The notes under the pieces are model-generated. The model saw only the letters and a list, made by a program, of their open reading frames with translations. It had not been told where the DNA came from and ran no database searches. The translations under genes were made by a program, and so were the position numbers. A stretch of 64,000 nucleotides of DNA from Raillietiella orientalis (lineage: Eukaryota), in assembly GCA_036172245.1 (NCBI GenBank), contig JAYWIR010000001.1, positions 5,766,001 to 5,830,000 on the forward strand, written 5' to 3'. Shown piece after piece: positions 23,795-35,084 of this stretch (its first letter is position 1; every line of letters begins with the position of its first letter).

Positions 23795-26700
23795 CTCGAT
23801 TTCCACCCGGATGCGCCGGAGCGCTTATTCTAAAAGCAAACATATAACGAGAACTGTGGTTAGACCAGTGGTCCAGCCACGCACAATTCAATGGAAACCT
23901 GCCGGGTCACCGGTGAGCAGACCAGCGTGGTCCACCTTAGCAGCAGAGGGAGAAAAAGAAAACGAAAAATAAAAATAAATACACTGTAGGGAGTTTCGGG
24001 AAGGGATCACTGTCTGCGGGTGGCAGTCCGCTCCATCCTCTCGAGGATGTCGGCAAGGTCTTGCTGCATGTTGTTTTCCAGGTGGGGTCACCGAGTCGCC
24101 ATCTTGATGAATAGGATGGCGAAGTGGCATCCCTGTCACTGGATCCTTGCGTTGCTTTACTCCAAGCAGCGACGATCCCGCGTAGGCAGCACAAGGCTGC
24201 AAGGGAGACCCCAGGCCGAAGGGCGCCGCGAAAGAAGAAGGGTTTTAAAGAGTCCCTGGAGTTGCCTCCGGGGGTTCCCAGGGCCGCATCAAAACATTCC
24301 CAGAGGGGCCGGAGGGCAACACAGTCCACTAACAGGTGGGGGAAGGATTCACGTTCCCTGCACCTGACACAATTGAGGTCGACACCCCCCCCGCATCCCG
24401 TGGTGACGGCGGGCGCTGCATGGGAGGCCCCAGTGCAACAGCAGAAGCGCCGATTCCTGCACCCGAGAGGGAATTGAGTGGCTGTTCCGGAGGACTGTGG
24501 TCCACTTCAGGTGTTCCACCGGAACATCCAGCAGCTCGCCCAAGCTCAAGAGTCCGTGGGGCGGTGTGCTCGGGGTCGCAGCGTCGGTGATCTGGCCCGT
24601 CTTCCAATCGCCCAGTCCTTCCTCCCTTCCGGAGATGGTTGCCTTAACTTTCCATTTCGTCTCGATGCTGCTATCCACGTGTTTCCTGAAGGAGGGCAGC
24701 GCTTCGGCGAGGGAAGTTCGTCCTGCCCACGCTCTTTTTCCGGGATCCTCCGGGATCTCTCGGAGCGTGCAGCGGTTGTTGCGGAGGAAACGGCGCACCT
24801 GTTCCGTGCTTTGCTCCTGGCTCCTCGCCCACGTGCGAACGGTTCCCTGTAGCCAGGAGGTACCGTTCTCGAACGTCTTACTCGAAGGCGCGGCCCGATT
24901 GCCTTTGTCTTTGCCAGCCCGTGGTTCGGCGTCCCACCCCGTGCGTAGCGGAGCCTTCTGCTTTTTCGTGTTCATCCTGTTTGCAAGGAGTCTGATTGCG
25001 CCTTCGTCCCAGCGCGCTCCACCCAGCAGCATGTTGGGTCTGCTGCCGCTCCACGAATTGCATTCGGTGGCTGCAGGAAGTCCGTCTCTCCGAGCGAGTT
25101 CTTAGCCATCTGCAAGCAAGGCGATGAAGGACCCACGGAAGCAGGCCCGCGACACCAACAACGCTGCTGCTGATGTTTCTAAAGACATTCTGTGTTGCAG
25201 AATGCACAGAATTCCGGTAGAGTGGTTTTCTCGGTCTCTTGTTCCTTTCTTCATATCAGTTCCTGGTCTCATGGTTGGTTTACAAGCAGCGGAGACCCAT
25301 CCGGTGGTTCCAGTGCATACCCCGGAAGCAGGTGGATGTTACATCTCATCCACTCCTCCCTGAGGCTGTCGGCTCTCGGATGTTTTCAGTGTCTTAACGT
25401 TTTGTCAGGTTAGCCAGCCTCACGCAGAGAGAGATACCCATGCAACAGCTCGTATCGAGGTGGGTACTCCTTGGAAGGCGAGATGCTCAGCGAAACTCCA
25501 GCATCTTCTCTCTTTTCTCTTCCTGGAGTCTTCTAGGACATCTAATGGTCAGGATGCGCATCTCCTTCTCATGCGGTCGATGCCAGCTTTGATGGCAGCT
25601 GCTCGTAATGGGATCACGTTCAATCAAACCGCTCTCAGGATACAGTAATCCTCAATCCTCATCTGGGCCCTCGCTGGAAAGGAAGTGGACTGCAATGCTG
25701 CCCAACGCAGGACGTGGCTTTTTCTTTGGTCACGACGCTTTTCATGAGGGAACGCCATGCTTCCCTGCGTTGAAGTGTGCACAAACCAACAGCGACTCTC
25801 CTCGCCATGTATCGATCTAAAGTTCGACCTCCTGTAGTGATTCTGGGTTTTCCACGGTCATAGGTCATAGGTCATAGGTCATAGGTTCTTAGTCAGCTGG
25901 AGGCTTGTTGGCGTACCATCCATAAATTCCTCAGCTTGCTACTAAACTGGATGAATTCTCCAGGGATCTAGCTTAGCATAGGTACAATCTGTGACCTCTT
26001 TCTATCCACGAAGCGTAGTGTCTAGCAGGAAATACTCTTGATGGCCAGATCTAGCGATGTCACCGGCTTGGAACAACTGGCAACTGCGAAATTCTCAGCC
26101 CCATCTTGGAGGTTGGATAGACTAAGGCATCCTCTGATCCAGTCAGCGTATTGGTATTCTCTTGTCTTCCTGCTAGGCAAACTTAGCCATCGCCTTGTGT
26201 CTTGCCCGATGACTGAGTTGATAAACATGAGCTTCCCTTCATGAACACTGGGATTCTACACAAGACTCGAGAAGTGAAATTTCCTCTTAACATTCATATC
26301 CTGCCATAGGGAGAGGGTGTATCCAGAAACGCTGACTTCTTTGACCATCAGCTTCTGCTTTGAACGGCTCCATGGGACCAACCGACTTCCCCACATACTT
26401 GTATGTCTGTCAACCTTCGCGGGCAATCAAACCCTTAGGTAAATGGCCGTCGGGCCACCCAGCCGACGCAACCCGTCGAATGTGCGGACTTGGGGTATGG
26501 TGCGATGGTTATCCGACCTTTGAAAGGTTGTCCCACGAAGAGATCCGCGACGTCATCAGTAAGCCCGTAGCCCCTCCGCAAACCGTCCAAGGTTCCGATC
26601 CTGAAAGCATGCTGAGGCGTCGCTCCTTTGTGAAGATATGGGAGATGCTTTGGATCTCTCGCTCTCTATCCATACTCCATTGAACATCGTGAAACATTTG

Positions 26701-27130
26701 TTCCTTCCTCCAAGAGCTCGTCGCGACCGAGGTGGTGAAGATACTCTGCTGCGTTTATGCAGCACCGTGGTAGCATCTCTGAGATGGGAAGAGTGTCAGG
26801 AGGAGAGGAAGGTCATGCTTCTGGTGACGACCATGGTACGTCCGAGTCCGCAAGTGAATCCAGCTGACCAAATGACAGCGAAGAGCAGGGAAGACATGGC
26901 CCGCATGGCAGAACGTCTCAGGAGTGGAATATTTTCTGGACTTTGATCATCCTGATACTCCTCTCCTTCTAATATTTTTTTTTCTTGACCTTTCCGTGGT
27001 CCCTATCCCTGCATTATGCACCCAGCCTTTTCCCGACTGGAACCTTGCGTGGGCGTTTCCCTGTCTCCACCTGTCTGCAGATTTCTCTTCCCTATCACTT
27101 ATTATCTTTGCAATAAAGATCCCGGCAAAA
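23795..27130 (-). mobile_element. Near full-length but decayed ORF2 of the Tx1-like LINE (EN-RT-zf-RVT-3' UTR)
   Basis: EN-like WSSPE..SSPPDTLPISE near 26800, EYQYADWIRGCLSLSNL (RT domain 2) near 26130, FVDRKR...IPGEFIQF (domain 3) near 25950-26010. ORF 24349-25032 ends LKWTTVLRNSHSIPSRVQESALLLLHWGLPCSARRHH, then DCVALRPLWECF...LAALCCLRGIVAAWSK and 3' hairpins at 23795-23950. Confidence 0.7.
25856..25883. repeat. (GGTCATA)x4 tandem heptamer
   Basis: Four perfect copies read directly. Confidence 0.9.
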
Positions 27131-27489
27131 CCGAGCTGCAAACCCCAGTAAATAGCTGTTTGATTAAAATTGCAAGTTGTTTTAGTGTGGATCCTCATCT
27201 GTGTCCTTATCAAATAGTACATGGAATTTTATTGTGTATGGATGTGATTTGTTTTCTGTACTTTATGATCCATGTTGAACAATCTCTCCTCGTTAAATAA
27301 GCATGCATCCATAAATAACTGTGGCTGGAACATGCGTTTGAGTCCACGAACCACTAAATAGGAAGGGAGGAGGGGGGGGGGGGAATAAAACCAAGGCCCA
27401 GTTGCGGATTTTGTGGCCCTCAGTGTTAACTGTAAAAACCTAACCCAATTGAATGAAAATAACCACAGGTGCATTTATCCTGTTTTAAT

Positions 27490-27730
27490 TCATGGCATTC
27501 TGTCCATCAACTTTTCAGTTTCTACGAACGTGTAGATCGCGATTTCACGAGAGCAGCTGAATTCAGGCAGCCTCTTCGAAGGAAGCAGGAAATTGCTCTT
27601 GGCTTGCAAGTCAGCGGTGTGTTGTGCTTCCCAACTGAAGTGCAAACGAAGATTTGTTGACATTCCAGAGGCCCACTGGACGGTATTCATCCAAAATGTT
27701 TTTTTAAGAATTTTTGCTTGAGAGAGCTGA
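27490..27730 (-). mobile_element. LINE RT domain-1 fragment
   Basis: Minus frame KNILDEYRPVGLWNVNKSSFALQL matches the YRPISLLNxDxKxxA motif; interrupted by stops. Confidence 0.5.
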
Positions 27731-27822
27731 ATAGCGCATGTGTAGCTTGCCATTCCATGAACCTCAAGTTAAAACGACCCACTCCGCCCCTGACGCTGTT
27801 GGCCACAGTGTGATTTGCTGTT

Positions 27823-27837
27823 GTTGTTTCAAGTAAC
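27823..27837. promoter_or_regulatory. Candidate RFX X-box upstream of IFT57
   Basis: GTTGTT-TCA-AGTAAC fits RYYNYY-N1-3-RRNRAC, ~95 bp upstream of the ATG. GC-box CCGCCC at ~27784. Confidence 0.45.
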
Positions 27838-27930
27838 ATTTATTGCCATGTTGTGATTCGTGGTCGAAAAATCCGCATATTGAGAGAGACACTAGGAAAA
27901 AGATTATGTGCACGTAAAGTTCGATTTCTG

Positions 27931-28184
27931 ATGAAGATGCATGTTTCAAGAAAAAGTAGCATTTCAAGCAATCAGGAATTAAACGCTGAGCATCCATATT
28001 TACATGATACAAGGGCTGTTAGTAGCTCGAAAAATTCATCTCCAAAAATTGCAGAAGTTGATGATGGAGGTCCTGGACTTGTGCATATGCCATTTGATGT
28101 TATGGATGCATTGTTGGACAAATTGCACCTGCTCAATTATACAAAAGAATTTGTCAAAACCTATCAAATGAGATGCCTGCCAAG
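27931..28184 (+). CDS. IFT57: IFT57 exon 1
   Basis: MKMHVS...YQMRCLPR, donor AG|GTTGGA. Confidence 0.85.
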
Positions 28185-29882
28185 GTTGGAATTAATCATT
28201 TCAGTGCATTTAAAGGTTTTGTTTTCCTTTTTCTCAATAGGTTGTATTTTGCAATTCGCACAAACCCAGGAGATCAGTTTTATACATTTGCTAGATTGGC
28301 AGCTTGGTTGTTGCAAAAATCTGGTCGTTCCGTGTCTATGCCACACGAAAAAGATGATCCCAATCTTGTGGTTGCAACAATTTTGAGAGAAACCAAGCAT
28401 CTGGTGAGTTTCCTGGAGATAATATTTGTGGCACTAATCAGAAGTATTTAAGCTACAAAAGTGTTTCTTGCTGCACTTTAGAACATGTTTCTTGCTGTAA
28501 AAAAGATGCACTTCACCCTGTTAAAGCCTAAAGTAGTTGTCACTGGCAACCTACTAAGTTACATTTTGTGTTCATTCTGTGTTGCTGCAACTGGCATCTT
28601 TGCACTTGGCAAAATACAAATATGTGGAAAGTTCTACAAGTGATAGAAACTACTTGAGTATGCACTCACTATAACTAGCTAAATGCATCTATGATGAAGA
28701 GAATAAGAAAAAAGACATTGATTAGTGAAGAAGATGAATTCTTTAAACTGCTTGAACAATTGCATGATTTTCTATTCTTAGATAAAATCTTTCTATTTCC
28801 AGTTTGATTGTGCTTCTTACAACACTTTTTTTTGTTGTTGTTGACAGAATATTAAGGCAGAGTTCTCTTCACAAAAACTAAAAGAGGGATGGGGAGAAGA
28901 GGTGATATTTTTGCTGGACTGGTTAGCAAAAGCTGCACTGGGCAATCTGAGCTGCCAGCGGTGAGACTATCTTCTTGTTCTCTTCCAAAGTGTCATTTAG
29001 TCCTCATCTGGAGGAGGAAACTGAATACCAGGATGAAGATAACGACGACGAGGCAGAACTCGTTGTAGAGGATCTTCAGGAGGTGGATCCATGGGATAAT
29101 GGAGAGAAAGAGATGTATCAGCCAGAGCTAGAGCACCATTCAGTAAGAGGAACACTCATGTCTAGCATCACTACATTTAAACCCAGAATGCTGCAGCAGC
29201 ATCAGAGAAATTTGACTTACCTCAACTTAGTGAAGATGAGTGGCATCGAGAAGTTGAAAGAGTGGTTCCTAACTTGAAAGTGATATTCAAAACAGGTGTA
29301 ATCAGTTGTGCTATCCTGATTTGATTTCAACGATTCTTAGATCCACGTGATTGGCACTACCATCTGGCACAATTACAAAAGCATCATGCTGGATTTGTAG
29401 CTAGTATTGCATCTATCAAACAACATGCACAGCACGTTTGCTGTGATTTGAGTGCCATGTTTGAAAAGGTTTCCAGCAGAGAAAAATTTCTGAATAATCA
29501 GATGGGACCTCTTCTTCAAGAGTTGTTCGAAGCGAGAAAAGAAAAAAAACATATCCAGGAAGATTACCTGAAAGCCGTGAAAGAGCTGGAGCAGCTTCGT
29601 GCTGAAGATCAGTTACTAGGCAACGAACTGGATCATCTGAAGAAAGAAGTGGAAGAAAGGAGCACCTGTATGACAGATGACTCCTGCTTACACCAATTGC
29701 GTAAAGCAATAAGCGTCCTGGAGCAAGAATTGCAAACGCTCAATGTGCGTTTGGGAGTAGCAGAACAGACAGATCTTCACCGGAGAATTCCAGAAAAGGT
29801 CTCCCCTCAAAATGTAGGATCTTTCTCAGATACTATATCCCGCCTGTTTTCCGCGTATGGGATTAAGAATGTTTCACCGTAA
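27931..29882 (+). CDS. IFT57: Intraflagellar transport protein 57 (HIPPI), ~440 aa; exons 27931-28184, 28241-28403, 28848-28960, 29001-29142, 29187-29295, 29341-29882
   Basis: The GT-AG spliced exons join in frame (1323 nt). Motifs GPG..MPFDVMDALLDKLHLLNY, YFAIRTNPGDQFYTFARLAAWL, DDPN, KLKEGWGEEV, EWHREVERVVPNLKV, DWHYH, EKVSSREKFLNNQ and MTDD match IFT57. AATAAA at 29981-29986. Start could be ATG 27931 or 27937. Confidence 0.95.
28241..28403 (+). CDS. IFT57: IFT57 exon 2
   Basis: Acceptor ctcaatag|, LYFAIRTNPGDQF...ETKHL, donor |GTGAGT. Confidence 0.92.
28536..28550. promoter_or_regulatory. Near-consensus RFX X-box in IFT57 intron 2
   Basis: GTTGTC-ACT-GGCAAC against the consensus GTNRCC-N0-3-RGYAAC (one mismatch). 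Confidence 0.5.
28848..28960 (+). CDS. IFT57: IFT57 exon 3
   Basis: Acceptor ttgacag|, NIKAEFSSQKLKEGWGEEVIFLLDWLA, donor |GTGAGA. Confidence 0.9.
29001..29142 (+). CDS. IFT57: IFT57 exon 4
   Basis: Acceptor atttag|, acidic PHLEEETEYQDEDNDDEAEL, donor |GTAAGA. Confidence 0.85.
29187..29295 (+). CDS. IFT57: IFT57 exon 5
   Basis: Acceptor acccag|, EDEWHREVERVVPNLKVIFKT, donor |GTGTAA. Confidence 0.88.
29341..29882 (+). CDS. IFT57: IFT57 exon 6 (coiled-coil C-terminus, TAA stop)
   Basis: Acceptor tcttag|, DPRDWHYHLAQL...EKVSSREKFLNNQM...LNVRLGVAEQT. Confidence 0.92.
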
Positions 29883-31659
29883 GTAGCTCATGTGGAACAT
29901 TGCACAAGTGATCGTGGGACCATTTACGCATTCCTAAAAATTAACGATTGGCTTAAATATAGAAAGAAAAGAAAGGAAAAAATAAACGGATGCTGCCCCA
30001 TCCAGTTATCCGGTTGCTGAATCCAGCCTGTCAGCATGCATTCCTTGCACATTTGAACTCGAAGAAGTGCACCATTCTTCAGCTTGTGTGTGTGTGTGTG
30101 TCTTCCTTCCCCCCCATTTTTTCTCCATTACTTTGATTAATGCAGAACACGCCTAATTGAGGACGTTTTCCCGAGGGGGTCCGAAGAGCGCAGCGTGCCG
30201 GCTGTGCTGCACGAGCGAGATGCTGGTGACTGCCGAGTTTTCCTGCTTCGAGAGAGAGAGAGAGAGAGTAGACGCAAATTCTCAAAATCAGGTCGTGTCA
30301 CGGGAAAGGTTGATAAGCATCGCCAATACTGATACATAAGATTAGGCAGCTGCATCGCCTACAGTCATCAACTAAATACTGAATATGGAATATTTCATCG
30401 GGAAAAAAAGCTGGGTGCTGCGACCTTGCACAATCATAAGGATCAGTTGTCGATCTACGATACCATATAACCCATTCACATTAATGATTTTTTTTTTCTT
30501 TTAAAGTAAGCGAAATTCTAATAGGACAGTTGTGCGCTATCCATTTTATTCTATGGCTTAAGCGATGTCGAATTTCGACGGGCGAGATGGGGAAAACGAA
30601 CGAACAACTAAGGCAGACAAACCAGCAGTGCCTTGAATTCACTGATTCGCATTTTAATATCAATTTCAAATCAAAAAAAAAAAAAACGTTGCAGCCAGTT
30701 TCCGTCCCTAAATGGTCGAGCAGCAACACGCCAAAGAGTTCCTTTCTTCGCTTGAGTGATGGTGTGAAAACCCGGAGCAGGAACCTAGATCCTGGCGCCC
30801 AGTTTCGGTTCAACCGAAGACTTAAGCACCTCTTTCGTCCTTGAGCTGGAACATGCACTCTGCGAAAGCCCTGCGCAAGAGCTTGGTGAGCTTCCTGCGA
30901 AAATGCTGCCGAGGTGCGTTGGCTCCATCCGTGCTTGCAGAGCTCCAGCAGCCGCTCGGGAAAGGCGTCAGCGGGAAAAGTGGAGGCAACGCCGAAACGA
31001 CAAGACGTGACGTGTGTACACACCAACCGCTCTGGTGTCCCGGCAATTAATGACTTTTCCATGGGGGATCTGACGGCGAAACTGCGCAGCCGCCTGAGAC
31101 CACTCTGTGCGCTTCGTGCTGCGTTCAGCTGCCGCAGGCTTCCACGGAAGCATCTTCTCCAGTTGCATCCCTACCACCACCACAAGTAGCTTCCAGAAAA
31201 TTAACCTCGGATAGTGTTGTGAAATCCGGCCTTCCAAAAGCAAGCAATGCCTAAAACTTCAGTGCTATTTTTTGAGTGTCGCTGATGCAAGCAGAAATCG
31301 TGTTATGGGACGCAAATAGTGGCACGCGGAATTTTTTGGGAAAGAAGTCAGCCAGGAGTGGCACCATCGTGCAGTTCCTCCTCTATTCCTTCATGAGACT
31401 TTCACATTTATTTATTACACGACATTCTATTGCACTCGTTCTCTTCTCGTTTTAATAAATGACTGTCTCATTTTTGGATCAATCGAAGAGTCTATGCAAA
31501 AAAAAAAAAAAACTACCTCTGTTCAAGATATCTCTTTCTAAGCATTGCTGTAGCCCTCATCTGGAGTTTGCAGTCTGAGACTCCCTCGCAGCTGAACAGT
31601 TTTGGCAAGAAATTTCTCTGACCATGGTTTCCACGTCCCCTAACATCTCTCTCTTCACT

Positions 31660-32700
31660 CAATGCAAGCTGTCATTAAATTCGTTAATGAGCACTCGGAA
31701 CAAAGGCAGTGGATACAATGGCATAAAAGCTACAACGTACCCCTCGAAGTGGATTTACTGACTCTCGCTCCTGTTTCTGAGTCACTCCGAACGTACGAGA
31801 TGGATGGGTTCGATACTCCTCAAGGTGTGTCAGGAGTAGTGTTCTGGGGCCACGGAGTAAGCTGTCTCTGTGACTTTCCCCCCACAGAGATGCGCAAAGT
31901 GAGTTTCTTTGGATTCCTTTGGTTGCTTCCCTTGACTTCAGAAAGGAAATTCCCCTCCATCTTCGACGACGAGAGGGATTTCGAAAACGCTTACTCTCAT
32001 CACAGAGCGCTCCAGATAAGCTGCTGCGTTTCTGCATGTGTGGTTTCTGCAACGGCACCCCGTGCTTTGGAGCCCATCCGACTTTTGTGATCATTCACAA
32101 CCCAATTTTCATGGATATCGTCGTGCCCATTCATCATGCCGGAACCTCCTTGGTGCACTACGGATGCGTAAAGTTTGTTTGTTTTCATTCAATGCACCTA
32201 GCACCTTGCCCTCAGCTGACGCAGACCAGACGACCACCTGAAAAAGTTTGCCTTTTCAACGGTACCGTGTCAAAACGTTTCATCTAATGAAAGAAACACA
32301 CATCCTCCGATACAGGGTTCGAACAAGCGCGTCAGCTTTCAAGAAAGTTCCGACCTTTTCTGCCCAACGTCCGAGCACATCAAATGCGTTTCGGAATCCT
32401 CCAGCACAATGAGTGCATCCAAACTGCCCACGAGGGGCAAAGACAATACCTGGTCGTAATCGGGCTGGCGAGAAATCCGTGACCACGAGCTCTGGAAGGC
32501 TCTGCTCACTGACAAGAAAGAAAAATCGTAGGACAAAACACTAGTTCAGGAAGCAGTGGGCTGACCTCTGAGGACTGTGCTTTGTCTTTCCAAGCCGGTT
32601 TCCAAGCCAACGGAGATAAGGTCTCACCCGAACTAGTAGTTATTCTTAGACAAAAGCGTGCTCTAGAACGCACTGGATGACGTCAGCTGTTTCTCTTGCA
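31660..32700 (+). mobile_element. Decayed LINE RT relic
   Basis: DTPQGVSG (K-x-PG-x-DG-like) and SIFDDERDFENAYSHH (LD-x-EKAYD-x-V-x-H-like) in ORF 31662-32090. Confidence 0.45.
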
Positions 32701-32899
32701 GTTGCCAGCCACCAGCGATCTTTCGTTGATGCTCCTTCCACAGCCTGCGACTCCGTTTCTCAGGTTCCGAAACTTGAGATCCGCAACACGGATGCAGCGT
32801 ATGCTTCCCATCCATCATTCGGATTCCTGGACGATCGACACAACCAAGCAAACTGTAGCGCTGCCGAAATAATCCTGGCTCCCGATCGTCTCCCTGGTC

Positions 32900-34420
32900 T
32901 TCTCGCTGTGACTGCCTACTTGGTACTTCGCAAGAGCTCGGCTTCCCGCACAGGCACCGTCCTGGCGTGCATGATCGTTCCTGTTCGTTTCCTCCGCCTT
33001 CTTACGAGTGCCACTTGGTGACCACGCGCTTTCTTTGGTGCTCTCTCTTTCGTCCTTCTGAGTGCGCTGCAGCTAGACGCCTCTTTGGGGTCGCAAGTGC
33101 CACAGGCATCGCGCAGGGATCTTTCTACTGCAAGCCGCCTCAGGAAGCGTTGCTGCTGCCTTGGGATTTTGGAGAAGAGGATGAAGTCTTTGATGTGCTC
33201 GAAGAATGAGGATATGCTGGTCGGATTCCTCGTTGGCCGAAGTTTCCAGAACTCGTTCAAGAAGGCATTGAGCCCGTGGGATCTAACAGAGGAACGTCGC
33301 CATTCCTCTGCAAACCCCATGGCCGAATTCTCCCCGTTCCTGTGGGATTCGTACGGCTCTCTTGTCAGGACTGAATCCTCATCGACCGATTCCGGAATTC
33401 CGGATCCGGGAAGGAGGGGAAACTCGATCCACAGGGACGTCTGCTACTCCCCCGCTGAGATTCTGAGGAACTGCAGTGCAAGAAATGCAGATCTGCTCGT
33501 TATGGTACATGAGGGACACGCCGATGTCTGCTCCTGTAATAGATCCCACGGGATTTTTCCGAGCACAGTAGAACTCTGGGAAGGCGGGATGAGGGCTCGC
33601 GCAGGGGAATCAGATAGTATTTGCCCATGCAGTGTTCGGTGAGTTCGTTCGCGGGAAGTCGCTCTCTTTTGTCGCTAAGGAAACTTCTTCTGTCTTCCTC
33701 TTTCTTCAGCTGGGACAAAGCGACTTTGAAGCAACCGTTGAGAGACGGATGAGGAAAACACCTCAGAATACTCGAAGGTGCTGCAAGGAAGAAAGGAGAA
33801 GAAAATCTTCGATTCTTCCATAACATCCCCTCCCTCTTTTCCCTCAAAAAAAAAAAAAATGACAAAATCGAGAGTGCTCGGAATTCCCTTCTGAAAAAGG
33901 CATCTCAGTGCACCTCAGCGTGTCCACGGCAGATGCGAGTACTCAAGAACCGTTCGCCTAGGGGCTCGCGAAGGTCTTTAACGCTGTCCATGCCACCCGA
34001 GAAACGCTTCCCGATTTCTCTGAAGGGTCGCTCCCCGAAGGGAGCAGCGCGCGCCTCTTGACACTCTGAAGAGGCAACCGACCCCCTCGGCCAGCCCGAG
34101 CTGGTTGATATACCCGAGGGGGGTATCAATCAGCTCTATGGCACGGCTCAATCGGAGGGGAACCCTGAAGCTCTCCTTGATTCCTGGAAGGACCCCGGAA
34201 AGTCAACTTCCAACCCCGGCCAGTCAACGGTTGCATCCGGGAGTTTCCGGCTTCCACCGGTGCCTCACCCGAAGCCAACCGAGGTCGATCAGCGCCGTCC
34301 TCCAAGGGAGGCTCGAAACCCACGACCCACCCCCATTTCTTCACTGGGGATTCTCATCCGCAACGCTTGGTGCTACGCGCAGAGTCCGGCAGCCGTACGG
34401 TTGCCAACGAGGGCAGATGC
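32900..34420 (-). mobile_element. Decayed LINE: ORF1-like segment followed by EN/linker region
   Basis: LNAFLNEFWKL...FFEHIKDFILFSK resembles the post-endonuclease linker; 33940-34420 is paralogous to 22680-23420. Confidence 0.45.
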
Positions 34421-35084
34421 GAGCAAGAAGGCTGAGAGATGCCTACTTTGCCCTGGGCCCTGTGAACATGTTTGGGTTTCCCCCGTGCCCTTACACCTCG
34501 GCCTTGGATAAACGTCCTACCACTACGAACTGGAGCACCGGGTGGTAAATTTTGGGTGGTAAAACTCCAGCATCCGGGATTCGGAACGCCCGGTTTGCTC
34601 GGCAGCAAAGGGGATGCCAATGGTTATCTGGGACAGAGGGGTCACGCGGATCCCATCAACAGAGAAACAAATGCACGGCTTTTGGGGGAGAACAAGGGGT
34701 GCCTTGCAGAGTGCGGCAACCGAACGCCGTGTCTCCGAGGAAACCTGGCACCGCGAGTTGCGGGAGAACTGAGCTCAGGTGGCCAGCTCACCACTGCTAG
34801 ACTGTTGACGGATCAGCAAGCCATGCGCTGGTCAGCAGTTCCTTCCAGTTCTTCTCGGGAAGCTCTCCGGATGGTCCGTCTCAAAAAAGCAGCACTTTAC
34901 ATTCTTCTGGCTGCTGTTCCTGGAATGCACCCAGGAACCAGTTGTGGACAGCGCATCTTCCAGAAAGAAATACAGATGGCTGTCGTTTATAGGAGCCTTC
35001 TGGCTGTCGTGGATGTTCAGCCGTTCCTCTGGCAGACTGGAATCGATTTGTCGCCGTGAACTGACCTCAGCCTCGAGAGAAAGA

